Below, in pieces: positions 35,184-44,756 of a stretch of DNA of 64,000 nt. The notes under the pieces are model-generated. The model saw nothing but the letters and a program-made list of their open reading frames with translations, was not told where the DNA came from and made no database searches. The stretch lies in the IMG/VR virus record IMGVR_UViG_3300032397_000001. The stretch is one strand, 5' to 3'. The position numbers were made by a program, and so were the translations under genes. Position 1 is the stretch's first letter; the number at the start of each line of letters is the position of its first letter. This stretch comes from a virus.

Positions 35184-36696
35184 CATTGACATCATCAGAT
35201 GCCTAAGGAATAAGCGTGCTTATAAATTCGTGGTTAGGTCAGGTGTGCCTATACCCGGTGAGGGGGGAGTCGCTGTGTTAGCTTCAGCGATTAAGAGAGC
35301 ATGGGATCAAGCACCTGAGTCGCTTTCTTTCTTGAGGAATGAATTAATAGAACCTTATCTACCTTCTGAATTGCAGCCTGATACAAGACAAAGTGTAGTT
35401 CAGTTAATGGATTTAACTCATGAGTTTTATGAGACAGAAAAGGCACTCCGAGTTGCATATACAGTTGTTTCAACTCGTAAGCTTTCAATTACAATTGAAA
35501 GGGTGTTTCAAGAGAATTCAGCTCCCCTTGAGATGGAGAAGAAACTTCGAACAGCTTTTGCTGAGTTGGCTCATCTTGAAGTATTAATGAGGAGATACTC
35601 TGAGGAAGATGATGTTGATAATAAGTTGTCTCTATCACCAATTATGGATGTAATGTCATTACGTTCTCCAGGAGGAGGAGGCAGAGTAAAAGCAGTAACA
35701 GGTGGAGATTTAGATATCTCTTTGGGAGGTGGCTTAGAAGAGGGGACATATACTATTTTATTAGGAAGTAAAGGAGAAGGTAAAACTTGGGTCACCTCTT
35801 GTGTAGCAGCACATAATGCAAGGATTGGGCGCAACGTTCTATTCTTCACGTTAGAGAATAGTAAATATTCAATAGCTCAACGAACATATCCATTATATTT
35901 ACAGTTCCCATTTTTTGTTGCTTCGTTCAGAAATTTTACTCAGACATTGGTAAGGACTGGGGCCACCATAATTACAAAGAATGTAGTTCAAAGAGTGGTA
36001 GACGCTGAGCTTGACGGCACAGGAGATTTACTTCTGAGAGAGTGGAAAAATATTTTCTTGAAACGCATTGAGGATTTTAATGGTCCATTACCTGTGTTAC
36101 AAGCAATGGATCTTCTTCAGGACCCTTTTTATGAATCCTTGGAGATTCTAAAAAAGTTTCGTGAAGAGCAATTATTGGGGCGTCTTGACATTCGTTTCTT
36201 TCCTGCTAACAGTTTGAAGATATCAGATATTGAACGTGAGATTGAAACTTCAGATGTTCATTATAGTTTGATTATTGTTGATTACTTAAATGCAGTTATG
36301 GTGCCTCCAGAGACACCTCGCCATGAATTTTTAGGGTGGTTTGCTAACGAGATTCGAAGATTATCTTCTGAGACTAGATGTGCAAGTTGGATAAACGCCC
36401 AATTGAAGAGGGGATTCAAGTTATATTCAAAAACTATTTCAAAAGGGGGAAGTGGTATAGATGAGGAAGCTTTTTATGAATTTGTAGCTGAATCATTTGC
36501 TGCTGTTTGGGGTGCTGATTATGTCGTTGTTTTGTTAATGAATCCTATCGTTCACAAACATGTGCAGACGGGGTATGTTCAACATGAACGTGCTTTACTA
36601 TTGAATAGAGCACGAGAAGTTATCTGTGGTGATTGGTTTTCGTTTAACGTAGACTTTAAGAAAGGTGTTTATGATATAAGGAAGTTGACAATATGA
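35173..36696 (+). CDS. DnaB-like (SF4) replicative helicase
   Basis: GSKGEGKT, FFTLEN, IIVDYLN, NAQLKR; adjacent to primase. Confidence 0.85.
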   Translation: MVPSIDIIRCLRNKRAYKFVVRSGVPIPGEGGVAVLASAIKRAWDQAPESLSFLRNELIEPYLPSELQPDTRQSVVQLMDLTHEFYETEKALRVAYTVVSTRKLSITIERVFQENSAPLEMEKKLRTAFAELAHLEVLMRRYSEEDDVDNKLSLSPIMDVMSLRSPGGGGRVKAVTGGDLDISLGGGLEEGTYTILLGSKGEGKTWVTSCVAAHNARIGRNVLFFTLENSKYSIAQRTYPLYLQFPFFVASFRNFTQTLVRTGATIITKNVVQRVVDAELDGTGDLLLREWKNIFLKRIEDFNGPLPVLQAMDLLQDPFYESLEILKKFREEQLLGRLDIRFFPANSLKISDIEREIETSDVHYSLIIVDYLNAVMVPPETPRHEFLGWFANEIRRLSSETRCASWINAQLKRGFKLYSKTISKGGSGIDEEAFYEFVAESFAAVWGADYVVVLLMNPIVHKHVQTGYVQHERALLLNRAREVICGDWFSFNVDFKKGVYDIRKLTI

Positions 36697-36902
36697 AAAT
36701 AGTTACACTGTCTTGTATCGCGGGTATTGCTGGCGTTGTTGATAAGAATGGAAATTTATTTACTGAAGAGTGTGATTGTGGGATGTCTTACTGCAAGGGT
36801 TGGGTAGTACGACCACACCCTAATATCGAAGAGTTGAAAAAGGTTTTACCACATTTGAGTAAGGCTGTGCCTGATGTGATAGAGGACATTTTCAAAAAGT
36901 GA
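36693..36902 (+). CDS. Small hypothetical protein
   Basis: CDCGMSYCKGW; overlaps both neighbours. Confidence 0.6.
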   Translation: MKIVTLSCIAGIAGVVDKNGNLFTEECDCGMSYCKGWVVRPHPNIEELKKVLPHLSKAVPDVIEDIFKK

Positions 36903-37732
36903 GTAGATTTACAACTCTATATGATTTTCCTCCTGATGTCGACTTTGTAAGGGCGAATGGTGTGCCTGTACCTGGTCGTGCTGATGAGTATAGGTTTAAT
37001 TGTCCTCACTGTGGTATGACTGATGGAAAATTATATGTTAATATTAAGAAGAAAAGGTATCAGTGTTATAGGGGGTGTGTTCGAGGTGGCTTTGGGAGTA
37101 TTGCTGTGATACCAAACACTCTTCAGATTGAGCAAATTCAATTGAAGAAAGAGAAAACAAAGGCTGTGTACTCTTTGTTTTCATTAGAACAGGAAACTTT
37201 TGAGTCTTCTATAGTTAAAGCTTATTTAAAAAGTAGAGGTATTGCTGATAATATCATTCGATCATTCAGGTTGCAAGGGGCTTTTATTTTTGGATGTTTT
37301 GCTGTTGCCTTTCCTGTTGTGACTCCCTTGATAACATATGAGGATATTGGATTTAGGTTAATCAATCATCAAGTGCTGAGGTATTATACTGCTTTCCCAA
37401 AAAAGATTTATGGGCATCCAAGTACTTTAACTGCGAAGGAATTGTTCCTTATGGAAGGACCCTTTGATGTATTGTGTTCGATACCTTTCAAAGCAATCGC
37501 CACTTTTGGTAAATCACCTACGGATGAACAGTTATCTTTTCTATCCAACTTTGTTTGTGCAAGTTTCAATATTTGTTTGGATGGATCTGTTGATGAGGGA
37601 AAGAAAATTACTTATGCGATGAAGGTGAGAATGATTACTGGAAGGGATGTATTTATAGTAGATTTACCGAAGGATAAGGATCCTGGTGATCTACGAGCAG
37701 AAGTGTTACAATGTCCGAAACACAAGATATGA
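36899..37732 (+). CDS. DnaG-type DNA primase
   Basis: CPHC...CYRGC zinc domain; Toprim MEGPFD, CLDG, KDPGD. Confidence 0.88.
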   Translation: MSRFTTLYDFPPDVDFVRANGVPVPGRADEYRFNCPHCGMTDGKLYVNIKKKRYQCYRGCVRGGFGSIAVIPNTLQIEQIQLKKEKTKAVYSLFSLEQETFESSIVKAYLKSRGIADNIIRSFRLQGAFIFGCFAVAFPVVTPLITYEDIGFRLINHQVLRYYTAFPKKIYGHPSTLTAKELFLMEGPFDVLCSIPFKAIATFGKSPTDEQLSFLSNFVCASFNICLDGSVDEGKKITYAMKVRMITGRDVFIVDLPKDKDPGDLRAEVLQCPKHKI

Positions 37733-37971
37733 GATGTGGTCATGATTGGAAACCAATTGAGGGTTGGGTAGGTCGCTATAGGTGTTCTTGGTGTAATATA
37801 ATTGGTTATCGTAAAATTATTATACCGCGATCAGTATTACGTGATAGTAAGGATGATCCTGGAGGGATTATCCCATATAAATGTGGTCATCCTAAGTGTA
37901 AACATTATGCTCATCGTTCTATTAGAAGAGGAGAATTCCGTTGTCTCAGTCATTCGAAAAAGACAACTTAA
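37729..37971 (+). CDS. Small Cys/His-rich protein
   Basis: ATGA overlap at 37729; CGH, CSWC, CGHPKC, CLSH. Confidence 0.6.
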   Translation: MRCGHDWKPIEGWVGRYRCSWCNIIGYRKIIIPRSVLRDSKDDPGGIIPYKCGHPKCKHYAHRSIRRGEFRCLSHSKKTT

Positions 37972-38270
37972 TACCAAAGATTCCTTTTAATACTTGGTCT
38001 TGGGAGAGGATACACCAAGGCCGCAAATGTTGTACTTCTAGAACTAAACGGTTTATTGTTTCTGGAGTCACGAGGATTGATCATATTACGTTGGATCATG
38101 TACAATGAGAGTTTTGGAGAGAGGAAGGAGCAGACTCTCCTGAAGAGTTCGAGAAGATTTGGTGTGAAATTCATCCTATTAAGGGATTCGATCCGTTTCA
38201 GAAAGTTTATGTTCATTGGTTCACTAATCCTTATCTATGTACAGTAACACCTATTCGAGTGTTGAGGTAA
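37971..38270 (+). pseudogene. ASCH-like domain pseudogene (ATA start, internal TGA at 38106)
   Basis: IPFNTWSWERIHQGRKCCTSRTK...(TGA)EFWREEGADSPEEFEKIWCEIH...VYVHWF fits ASCH GxKxxTxR and EG..S..EF motifs. Confidence 0.7.
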
Positions 38271-38275
38271 CAAAA

Positions 38276-38992
38276 ATGAATGTGAAATTGGCTTTCGAGG
38301 CTCCACTAAAGAGTTTAGAGTTGTCTTCAAAGTTTGGTGACTATTTGTTTGCGATTGCTCTCTGGTTAAAGCATTCTGAGTATTCTGACTTTGTTTTAGG
38401 TCGTCCTGAAAGTATGGAATTGTATCTTGACAATGGTTGTTATGAACAGGGAGCCTCAATTGATATTAGAGAGTATGTTGGTTACATTGAAGGGTTACAA
38501 CCTGACGTCGCGGTTGTTCCAGATGTATATTTAAACTATCCTGATACAATTCGTATGGCTGGAGTTTTCTTTAAGGAACATTTACCTCAGACGACGAAGT
38601 ATATGCTTGTTCCTCAAGGTAAGACTATGAGCGAGTGGGTGTTGTGTTATCATAAATTGTTACGAATGTTTCGTCATAGATTTAGTATTGTAGGAATTCC
38701 TCGAAATATGTTTCCTCACAGGTTACAGTTAGTTCGTCATGTATACAACATTTCGAAAAAAGATATTCATATTCTGGGTTGTGTAGAGCCCAGTGAAATT
38801 GCCGGGATTTTAGCATCGAATGTACCAGTAGTATCTATAGACACTTCATGGCCAGCCCGTTATGTTTTAGGGAAATTAGGAAAAGAGGATCGCATTGATT
38901 TTGAAACCGATGAGATTGGCTTTCAAGAATTTGATGGTGCTGTGAAGGAATTCTTGAGAAGAATCACACCTGAAAGAGTAAGGGTACGTTGA
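38276..38992 (+). CDS. tRNA-guanine transglycosylase-like protein (DpdA-like deazaguanine DNA insertase)
   Basis: YLDNGCYE, VPDV, LVPQG, VGIP, IHILG, SIDTS; genome also carries queC, queD and folE2. Confidence 0.65.
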   Translation: MNVKLAFEAPLKSLELSSKFGDYLFAIALWLKHSEYSDFVLGRPESMELYLDNGCYEQGASIDIREYVGYIEGLQPDVAVVPDVYLNYPDTIRMAGVFFKEHLPQTTKYMLVPQGKTMSEWVLCYHKLLRMFRHRFSIVGIPRNMFPHRLQLVRHVYNISKKDIHILGCVEPSEIAGILASNVPVVSIDTSWPARYVLGKLGKEDRIDFETDEIGFQEFDGAVKEFLRRITPERVRVR

Positions 38993-40260
38993 TGATCTGT
39001 GGACAAGAATTGTTAAAGGTTTTCGAGGTTACGAAGACTTTAGGAACCAACCAAAAGATTGCTCTGTTTTCACAACTTAAGAGTAATCCTATAGTATGTA
39101 ACATTTTGGTTTATGGTACTGATATTTATAGGCAGTATCATATACGTGATCTACCTCAAGTCAATTCTCCCTTTGATCATTGTCAATGGGAAACTTTATT
39201 TAAAGCATTAGATACTCTCACACAGAGTAAAGGAGCTTCCAACAAAGACAGAGAAATTTTGTCTGTGATAGCAAGTCCTTGTGAATTCTGTAGAAAGATC
39301 GTTCTTGATGTTTTACGGCATGAATTGCGTATAGGAATGGGAATTAAGAATCTTCGAGAAGCTGGATACAATATTGAATCAAGTGAGCACGTGCAACTCT
39401 GTAAAGAAGATATACTTAAGTTTCAATCCAAAGATTGTTTTCTTGCATCTGATAAACTGAATGGTTTTCGGGTTAAGTTTCATCAAGGAAATAATGGTAT
39501 TGAGTTTCTTTCGCGTAAAGGGAAGCCTTACCTAATGTTTAATCAGTTGTTTAGAAAGTATATGATTCCCTCGGGTGTAATTTTTGATGGTGAAATCATT
39601 CATAAATTAGGCAGGAAGGAAGACTTTGATTTCTTAGCTTCCGTTGCAAAAAGTGAGAAGTCAACTTATGACGATCCTCGTCAGTGTGATGTGAAGGTTG
39701 CTGTTTTTGATTGTCCTTCTCTGGGAGAGGAAAGTTTATTTTATCGTTTGAAGTTTCTTAAGGAGGAGATAAAATTACCTCAGGATGTAATGTATGTTTT
39801 ACCTCATATAGAAGTCAAGCCAACTTCAGAAAGTAACTTTGTTGAAGAAGTACTACGACTCCTTGAGGAGGCAATACCTAAGAGATATGAAGGTATTATA
39901 ATTAAGAATCCATTTGTTGAGTATGAGTTAAAGCGATCTCATAGTTGGGTTAAGGTTAAGGAAATGAAGTATTCTGATTTCCCTCTGGCTTTTGATCTTC
40001 CTGTCGTTGGGAAGATAGAGGGAAAGAGGGGTAGTAAGAATGAAGGGAGGTTGGGTTCTCTAGTAGTTGATTTTCAAGGGGTACAAGTTCGAGTGGGTTA
40101 TGGATATAGTGATCAACAGAGAATTGAGTTTTGGTCTAAGCCTCCCAAGATTATTGAAGTAAGGGCTCAACAGATTACAAAGGACGGTTCACTTCTCTTT
40201 CCCGGTTTTATGAGACCTCGTGATGACGAGAAGGATACAGGAGACTTTCAAAATGTCTGA
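38989..40260 (+). CDS. ATP-dependent DNA ligase
   Basis: KLNGFR (motif I), SRKGK, FDGE, VFD, EGIII, WVKVK, OB-fold tail. Confidence 0.92.
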   Translation: MMICGQELLKVFEVTKTLGTNQKIALFSQLKSNPIVCNILVYGTDIYRQYHIRDLPQVNSPFDHCQWETLFKALDTLTQSKGASNKDREILSVIASPCEFCRKIVLDVLRHELRIGMGIKNLREAGYNIESSEHVQLCKEDILKFQSKDCFLASDKLNGFRVKFHQGNNGIEFLSRKGKPYLMFNQLFRKYMIPSGVIFDGEIIHKLGRKEDFDFLASVAKSEKSTYDDPRQCDVKVAVFDCPSLGEESLFYRLKFLKEEIKLPQDVMYVLPHIEVKPTSESNFVEEVLRLLEEAIPKRYEGIIIKNPFVEYELKRSHSWVKVKEMKYSDFPLAFDLPVVGKIEGKRGSKNEGRLGSLVVDFQGVQVRVGYGYSDQQRIEFWSKPPKIIEVRAQQITKDGSLLFPGFMRPRDDEKDTGDFQNV

Positions 40261-40591
40261 AGATCGAAGAGTTGTAATTTTCAAGTCGGTTTCAGGAGAG
40301 TTAGGAATTGGTTATCTTATTTTAGAGGGTGAGATACCACAGCGTATTGAGAAGTGTTTAGGATTGAAGTTTCCTAAACTTCCTGCTCCCCCTCTATTTG
40401 GAAGGGATCAGCAGATTGAGGTTGCTATGTATCCATTGAACCCTTTAGGTCAAGAACCTCCGACGTTTAAGATGGAGCATGTAATCTTTTATGATCAAGT
40501 TATTCCTGAGCCTGTGTATTGTAAATTTATTGAACTTGTTTCGAAAATCAAAGTTCCTGTATTGAATGTGGTAACTAAAAGAACGAACTAA
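40253..40591 (+). CDS. Hypothetical protein (possible Sm-like fold)
   Basis: ATG 40253 after GGAG; VVIFKSVSGELGIG N-terminus. Confidence 0.55.
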   Translation: MSEDRRVVIFKSVSGELGIGYLILEGEIPQRIEKCLGLKFPKLPAPPLFGRDQQIEVAMYPLNPLGQEPPTFKMEHVIFYDQVIPEPVYCKFIELVSKIKVPVLNVVTKRTN

Positions 40592-40592
40592 A

Positions 40593-40835
40593 ATGAATGA
40601 AATCGAAATCAAAGGGAAATTAACACCAGCACACATCGAGTGGATAAAAGAGAAATATTATAAACAGTATGTCGGCTGTCAAAACACGGGGTTTCCAATT
40701 ATAACTTATTCAGGGGTACTCAGTGAAGAGGTTCTTAAGAAGATTAGGTTAGAATTGGTGATTGGTTTTAAACCAGAGTCGATCGAATATTATTTGGGGC
40801 GTCCTCAGGAAATTCCAAACTTATTCAGGAGGTAA
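40593..40835 (+). CDS. Hypothetical protein
   Basis: 80-aa ORF. Confidence 0.55.
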   Translation: MNEIEIKGKLTPAHIEWIKEKYYKQYVGCQNTGFPIITYSGVLSEEVLKKIRLELVIGFKPESIEYYLGRPQEIPNLFRR

Positions 40836-40840
40836 CAGTT

Positions 40841-41578
40841 ATGGTTCCATTTACACACACAAACGTTGACATGATTGATCCTGATAACCGCAAGGTAGTG
40901 CTCTTAGCTTCAGGAGGAATAGACTCTTCCTCATTGTGTTTCTTTCTGAAGAAGCACAGTTTTAAACTGAAACTTATCACATTTGATTATGAGTCCAAAC
41001 ATAATGAGGCGGAGTATAACGCTCTTATTAGGATATGTAATTTTGGTCATATTGATATTCCTCCTCGTATTTCTCTTTCTTTTATCAACCGACTATTTGT
41101 CTCTACTCTTTTGAAGAGTGGAAGAGATACGCCTCGAGGTCATTATGAAGATGTTTCAATGAAACAAACGGTTGTGCCTGGGCGTAATAGCATTATGTTG
41201 TCTATTGCAGCAGGCTATGCTCAAAGTTTGAAGTATTCTTATGTCGCTTATGCGAATCATGCAGGCGATCATTATATTTATCCTGATACCCGTCCCGACT
41301 TCGTGGATGCAATGAATACAGCTATCTCTTTGAGTTCTGAAGGATCTGTGAGTCTTTTAGCGCCGTTCACGTATTTGACCAAAGCAGATATTGTTCAGAT
41401 TGGTGCGGAATCAGGAACGCCTCTCGAGTTGACTTGGTCCTGTTATGAAGGGCGCTGGCCTTTTAGTTGTGGGCATTGCGGAAGCTGTGTTGAAAGACAT
41501 TGGGCCTTTGGGATGGCTGGTATTCCTGACCCAACACAGTATAAGGACAATCCCGAACAATATCTGGAAGGCAAGTAA
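40841..41578 (+). CDS. queC: 7-cyano-7-deazaguanine synthase
   Basis: SGGIDS, TFDY, VPGRNSI, YPDTRPDF, TWSCY, CGHCGSC. Confidence 0.95.
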   Translation: MVPFTHTNVDMIDPDNRKVVLLASGGIDSSSLCFFLKKHSFKLKLITFDYESKHNEAEYNALIRICNFGHIDIPPRISLSFINRLFVSTLLKSGRDTPRGHYEDVSMKQTVVPGRNSIMLSIAAGYAQSLKYSYVAYANHAGDHYIYPDTRPDFVDAMNTAISLSSEGSVSLLAPFTYLTKADIVQIGAESGTPLELTWSCYEGRWPFSCGHCGSCVERHWAFGMAGIPDPTQYKDNPEQYLEGK

Positions 41579-41633
41579 GTCAACTACCGCTTGTCTAAAG
41601 AACAAGCGGTTTCCGAAACTGGAGATTAAATGA
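41579..41633 (+). mobile_element. Minimal IS200/IS605-like (IscB-type end) hairpin element
   Basis: GTCAACT-ACCGCTTGT-CTAAAGA-ACAAGCGGT-TTCC...ATGA, directly after the queC stop. Confidence 0.55.
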
Positions 41634-42424
41634 AATTTCAACCTGTTTTCATTAATGCTACTACTATAGATGATGGGTGGCATCAGATATTGATCAATCT
41701 TAATCGATTTGGTCGGGCTTATACCATTACTGATGGATCGCATGCTGGTGAAGATCGCTTGGTGTTTGACCATGTATCTGGTTTCATTCATTATCCACAT
41801 AACCGGCCTTTAGCTGTACAAATGCCTGAAGGACTAGGTTTAGATCCTCCCACGACTGAGGAAGTTATTGAGGAGTATTTTACGGATTATCTTATGAATC
41901 CAACTCTTGGCTCTAATGAAGAGTATAAGTATGCTTCGTGGGTTATCGGAGGTAATGATATCTGTCCAACACCTCAATTAAATTGGGTAATTAGACATTT
42001 CCGAGAAGTAGGTTATGGTAATGAACATTGTACTATACGAATTGGAAATCATGACAGCAACTTAGCTTATGACAGATTCTTCTTCCGCTGTCCAAAATGT
42101 AAGTCGTATTACCCTCGAGGTTCTATTTGTGTTCTTTGTCGTATACCTACAGAACCCGATGAGACTAAAAGAGGAACTTCTCCTTGCTTAGTTGCCTTGG
42201 ATTTCCGAATGATTGAAGGGTTTCTTTCGACTCATGTAATATATAGATCGTGGGACGCTTTCGGAGGCTGGCCAACAAACATTGCGGGTTTTACTTTACT
42301 TAATGAATTTGTTGCAGGTCTGTTGGGAGTTCAACCTGGGCCATTGAGTTTTAGTTGTAAATCATTACACATTTATAGTCATCATTTGAAAATTTTATTA
42401 AGGAGGCTCCATAAAGAATCCTAA
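41630..42424 (+). CDS. thyA: Thymidylate synthase (divergent, with zinc-ribbon insert)
   Basis: SPCL, YRSWD..GWPTN, SLHIY. Confidence 0.85.
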   Translation: MKFQPVFINATTIDDGWHQILINLNRFGRAYTITDGSHAGEDRLVFDHVSGFIHYPHNRPLAVQMPEGLGLDPPTTEEVIEEYFTDYLMNPTLGSNEEYKYASWVIGGNDICPTPQLNWVIRHFREVGYGNEHCTIRIGNHDSNLAYDRFFFRCPKCKSYYPRGSICVLCRIPTEPDETKRGTSPCLVALDFRMIEGFLSTHVIYRSWDAFGGWPTNIAGFTLLNEFVAGLLGVQPGPLSFSCKSLHIYSHHLKILLRRLHKES

Positions 42425-42426
42425 AT

Positions 42427-42461
42427 TACCCCTTGAAAAAACTTAAGAAGTTTTATATAAT
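42427..42461 (+). promoter_or_regulatory. Phage promoter motif copy 5 (TACCCC-TTGAAA-N17-TATAAT)
   Basis: TACCCC 42427-32, TTGAAA 42433-38, TATAAT 42456-61. Confidence 0.8.
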
Positions 42462-42513
42462 AGAATAAAAAGATATTTTTGTTATTCGTTTGTGTTTCTG
42501 ATTTGGGTGCATT

Positions 42514-43560
42514 ATGCGAAGACGGAGAAAGTTTTTTTGTACCACTGGTCGAGTTCATGGAATTCAAAAGCCCAAGTTCCGCGGTGCTTCTACTATTTGG
42601 TATAGTATAATAAGGGCTTTCAAAGATAAAACACATTCAGAACTTATGACTCAAGATTTATTTGATTTCTATGTGACTCGCGAGTATTCGAAGTACAGTG
42701 TTGTCGAATTTAATTCTTATCGTTGGACAGATGATGGTTTTACCTTCTTTTGTGGTCAGTGGATTGTTTCTAGATGCTTAGTCACTGTTGTTCCTTTAGT
42801 TTTTGGTTCTAATCCCTCTCTATATGAAATCACTCCATACGTCGAAAATCAATTGCACTTCTTTGAACCTCAAAAATTTACTGTCAACGTTTTGGATCCT
42901 CTTCATCTAGATGATATACTTCGTCAGCTTGTTGTTAAGATGAACATAAATGTTTCTTATGCGAAAGCTCGTAGTACTTCTTCTTCTCGAGGCTTTGAAA
43001 CATCTTATGTATTATGTTACGGCAAATTTAGTAGTTATTATGTTATTCACCATAAGGATTTATGGGCTACTACTTTCACGAAGGATTTGACTGCCCTTGT
43101 AGGTGACATTGGTAAAACATTTAGAGTTCTAGTTGAATTAGATAATTCAGTGTTGGGGCGGTTATTGTTAGATTCGCCTTTGTTAGGATCTCAAATTAAT
43201 GATCCTCCTTGTACAGTAGTTTCTATTGGTAGTAGTACAAGGCAGTGGATGGAAGTAATTGATTCTAGTAATCGTTGTCAGAATGCTTCATGGAGTCAAG
43301 TGCAAACTGGTAAAGATAATGGACTCTTCGAAAAAGTTTTAAGAATTGCACACAGAAAATGTAAAAGTTTTCGTTTCGGTGATATAGTTAGTATTAGGCA
43401 TGCTGAAAAGTCTAGTACAGGAGGAGCAACTTATGCATATTATTTTCTGAATATCAAGTTTAAGGATTTTAGTCGCTTGTCTTTTCTTCTTCAGGTTTGT
43501 GGTTGTTATTCGAGAGTGATAAATGATATGGTTAAGGTAGTTTTGGAATACGCAGAGTAG
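42514..43560 (+). CDS. Hypothetical protein
   Basis: 348-aa ORF downstream of promoter. Confidence 0.6.
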   Translation: MRRRRKFFCTTGRVHGIQKPKFRGASTIWYSIIRAFKDKTHSELMTQDLFDFYVTREYSKYSVVEFNSYRWTDDGFTFFCGQWIVSRCLVTVVPLVFGSNPSLYEITPYVENQLHFFEPQKFTVNVLDPLHLDDILRQLVVKMNINVSYAKARSTSSSRGFETSYVLCYGKFSSYYVIHHKDLWATTFTKDLTALVGDIGKTFRVLVELDNSVLGRLLLDSPLLGSQINDPPCTVVSIGSSTRQWMEVIDSSNRCQNASWSQVQTGKDNGLFEKVLRIAHRKCKSFRFGDIVSIRHAEKSSTGGATYAYYFLNIKFKDFSRLSFLLQVCGCYSRVINDMVKVVLEYAE

Positions 43561-43571
43561 GGAGGTATGTT

Positions 43572-44756
43572 ATGCCTGATTCTCCAATGACAGTTTCAAA
43601 GATTAATGCAAAGCCTATTCATGAGGTTTTAGAGTATGTCGAGGCAATGATCAAACTCTGGGTAGCAGGAGCTGATGTAGCTATTCCTTATCTGGTAGGT
43701 ACTCCAGGTATAGCCAAAACATCGCTCCTGCTTCAAATGTGTCAAAGGAATGATTGGAATCTTTTACATTTGCATTTTATTCGTCCTATCGAAGAAATTT
43801 CAGGGATGCCTGACTTCAAGGATATTGAAATTAATGAGATACTTTATCGAGGGACAATGTGGAGACTCCCTGAAGTGCTAACAGAATTATATAAGATCGC
43901 TGGCAACGGAAAGACTACAGTTTGGTTCTTGGATGATTATCATTTAGCATCTCCTGCTCATCTACATCTCTCGTATGAAATGTTTTCACAAGATCGCAAG
44001 CTTCGGGGTTACGAGATTCCTAAGAATGTGGGATTCGTATTAGCAGGTAATGATAGTTCGAAAGCAGGAGCAAAGTCTCAGTTTTCAGCGGTTATGAATA
44101 GGTGTGCAAAGTTTCCAGTGACTTTAGATTTTGATTTCTGGAAGAATACTTATGCATATGAACATGGAGTTAACCAAAAGGTAGTCTCATTTCTTTCTCA
44201 TGCAAGTTACAAGCAATGGTTTTGTGGAGAAGAGAAAGTAGATCGCCCTTGGCCTTCTCCTAGAAGTTGGACTCGATTCGCTCGGATGTTGTCGATCATC
44301 GAAGCGAATCGAAAGAATCCTTCTCATGAAGAAGTTTTGTATTTAGGCAGTTCACATTTAGGTGAAGAGGGTGCAAGTGACTTTACTGGGTATTACAAGA
44401 TTTATTCAAAGATAGACATGGCTGGTGTTTATAATGGTAAGATCGATATTCTGATTCCCGATGAAATGGTCAATCGATATGTTTATGTCATCGCTGCAAC
44501 TCTGGAATTAGTAGACCGTGCTGCTAAGCAACAATCTATAGTATTGGTTGCAAGAGCATTGGATACTTATAGCCGAATTCTAGGTGAGATGACAAAGGTT
44601 AGTTCAGAGCTTGCAATTGTAGGATTAAAGGAAATTGTCATTTTGGAGAAATCACTGCAAATCAAAAAACTGTTTCAAGCAGTTATGGCTGCGATTAAGA
44701 AGATTTGTAGTGATAGTGTTTACCAGCAAATAATTGAAGATGTGAGATACACATGA
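43572..44756 (+). CDS. MoxR-like AAA+ ATPase
   Basis: GTPGIAKT, FLDDY, LAGN, AVMNR, PSPRSW. Confidence 0.85.
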   Translation: MPDSPMTVSKINAKPIHEVLEYVEAMIKLWVAGADVAIPYLVGTPGIAKTSLLLQMCQRNDWNLLHLHFIRPIEEISGMPDFKDIEINEILYRGTMWRLPEVLTELYKIAGNGKTTVWFLDDYHLASPAHLHLSYEMFSQDRKLRGYEIPKNVGFVLAGNDSSKAGAKSQFSAVMNRCAKFPVTLDFDFWKNTYAYEHGVNQKVVSFLSHASYKQWFCGEEKVDRPWPSPRSWTRFARMLSIIEANRKNPSHEEVLYLGSSHLGEEGASDFTGYYKIYSKIDMAGVYNGKIDILIPDEMVNRYVYVIAATLELVDRAAKQQSIVLVARALDTYSRILGEMTKVSSELAIVGLKEIVILEKSLQIKKLFQAVMAAIKKICSDSVYQQIIEDVRYT

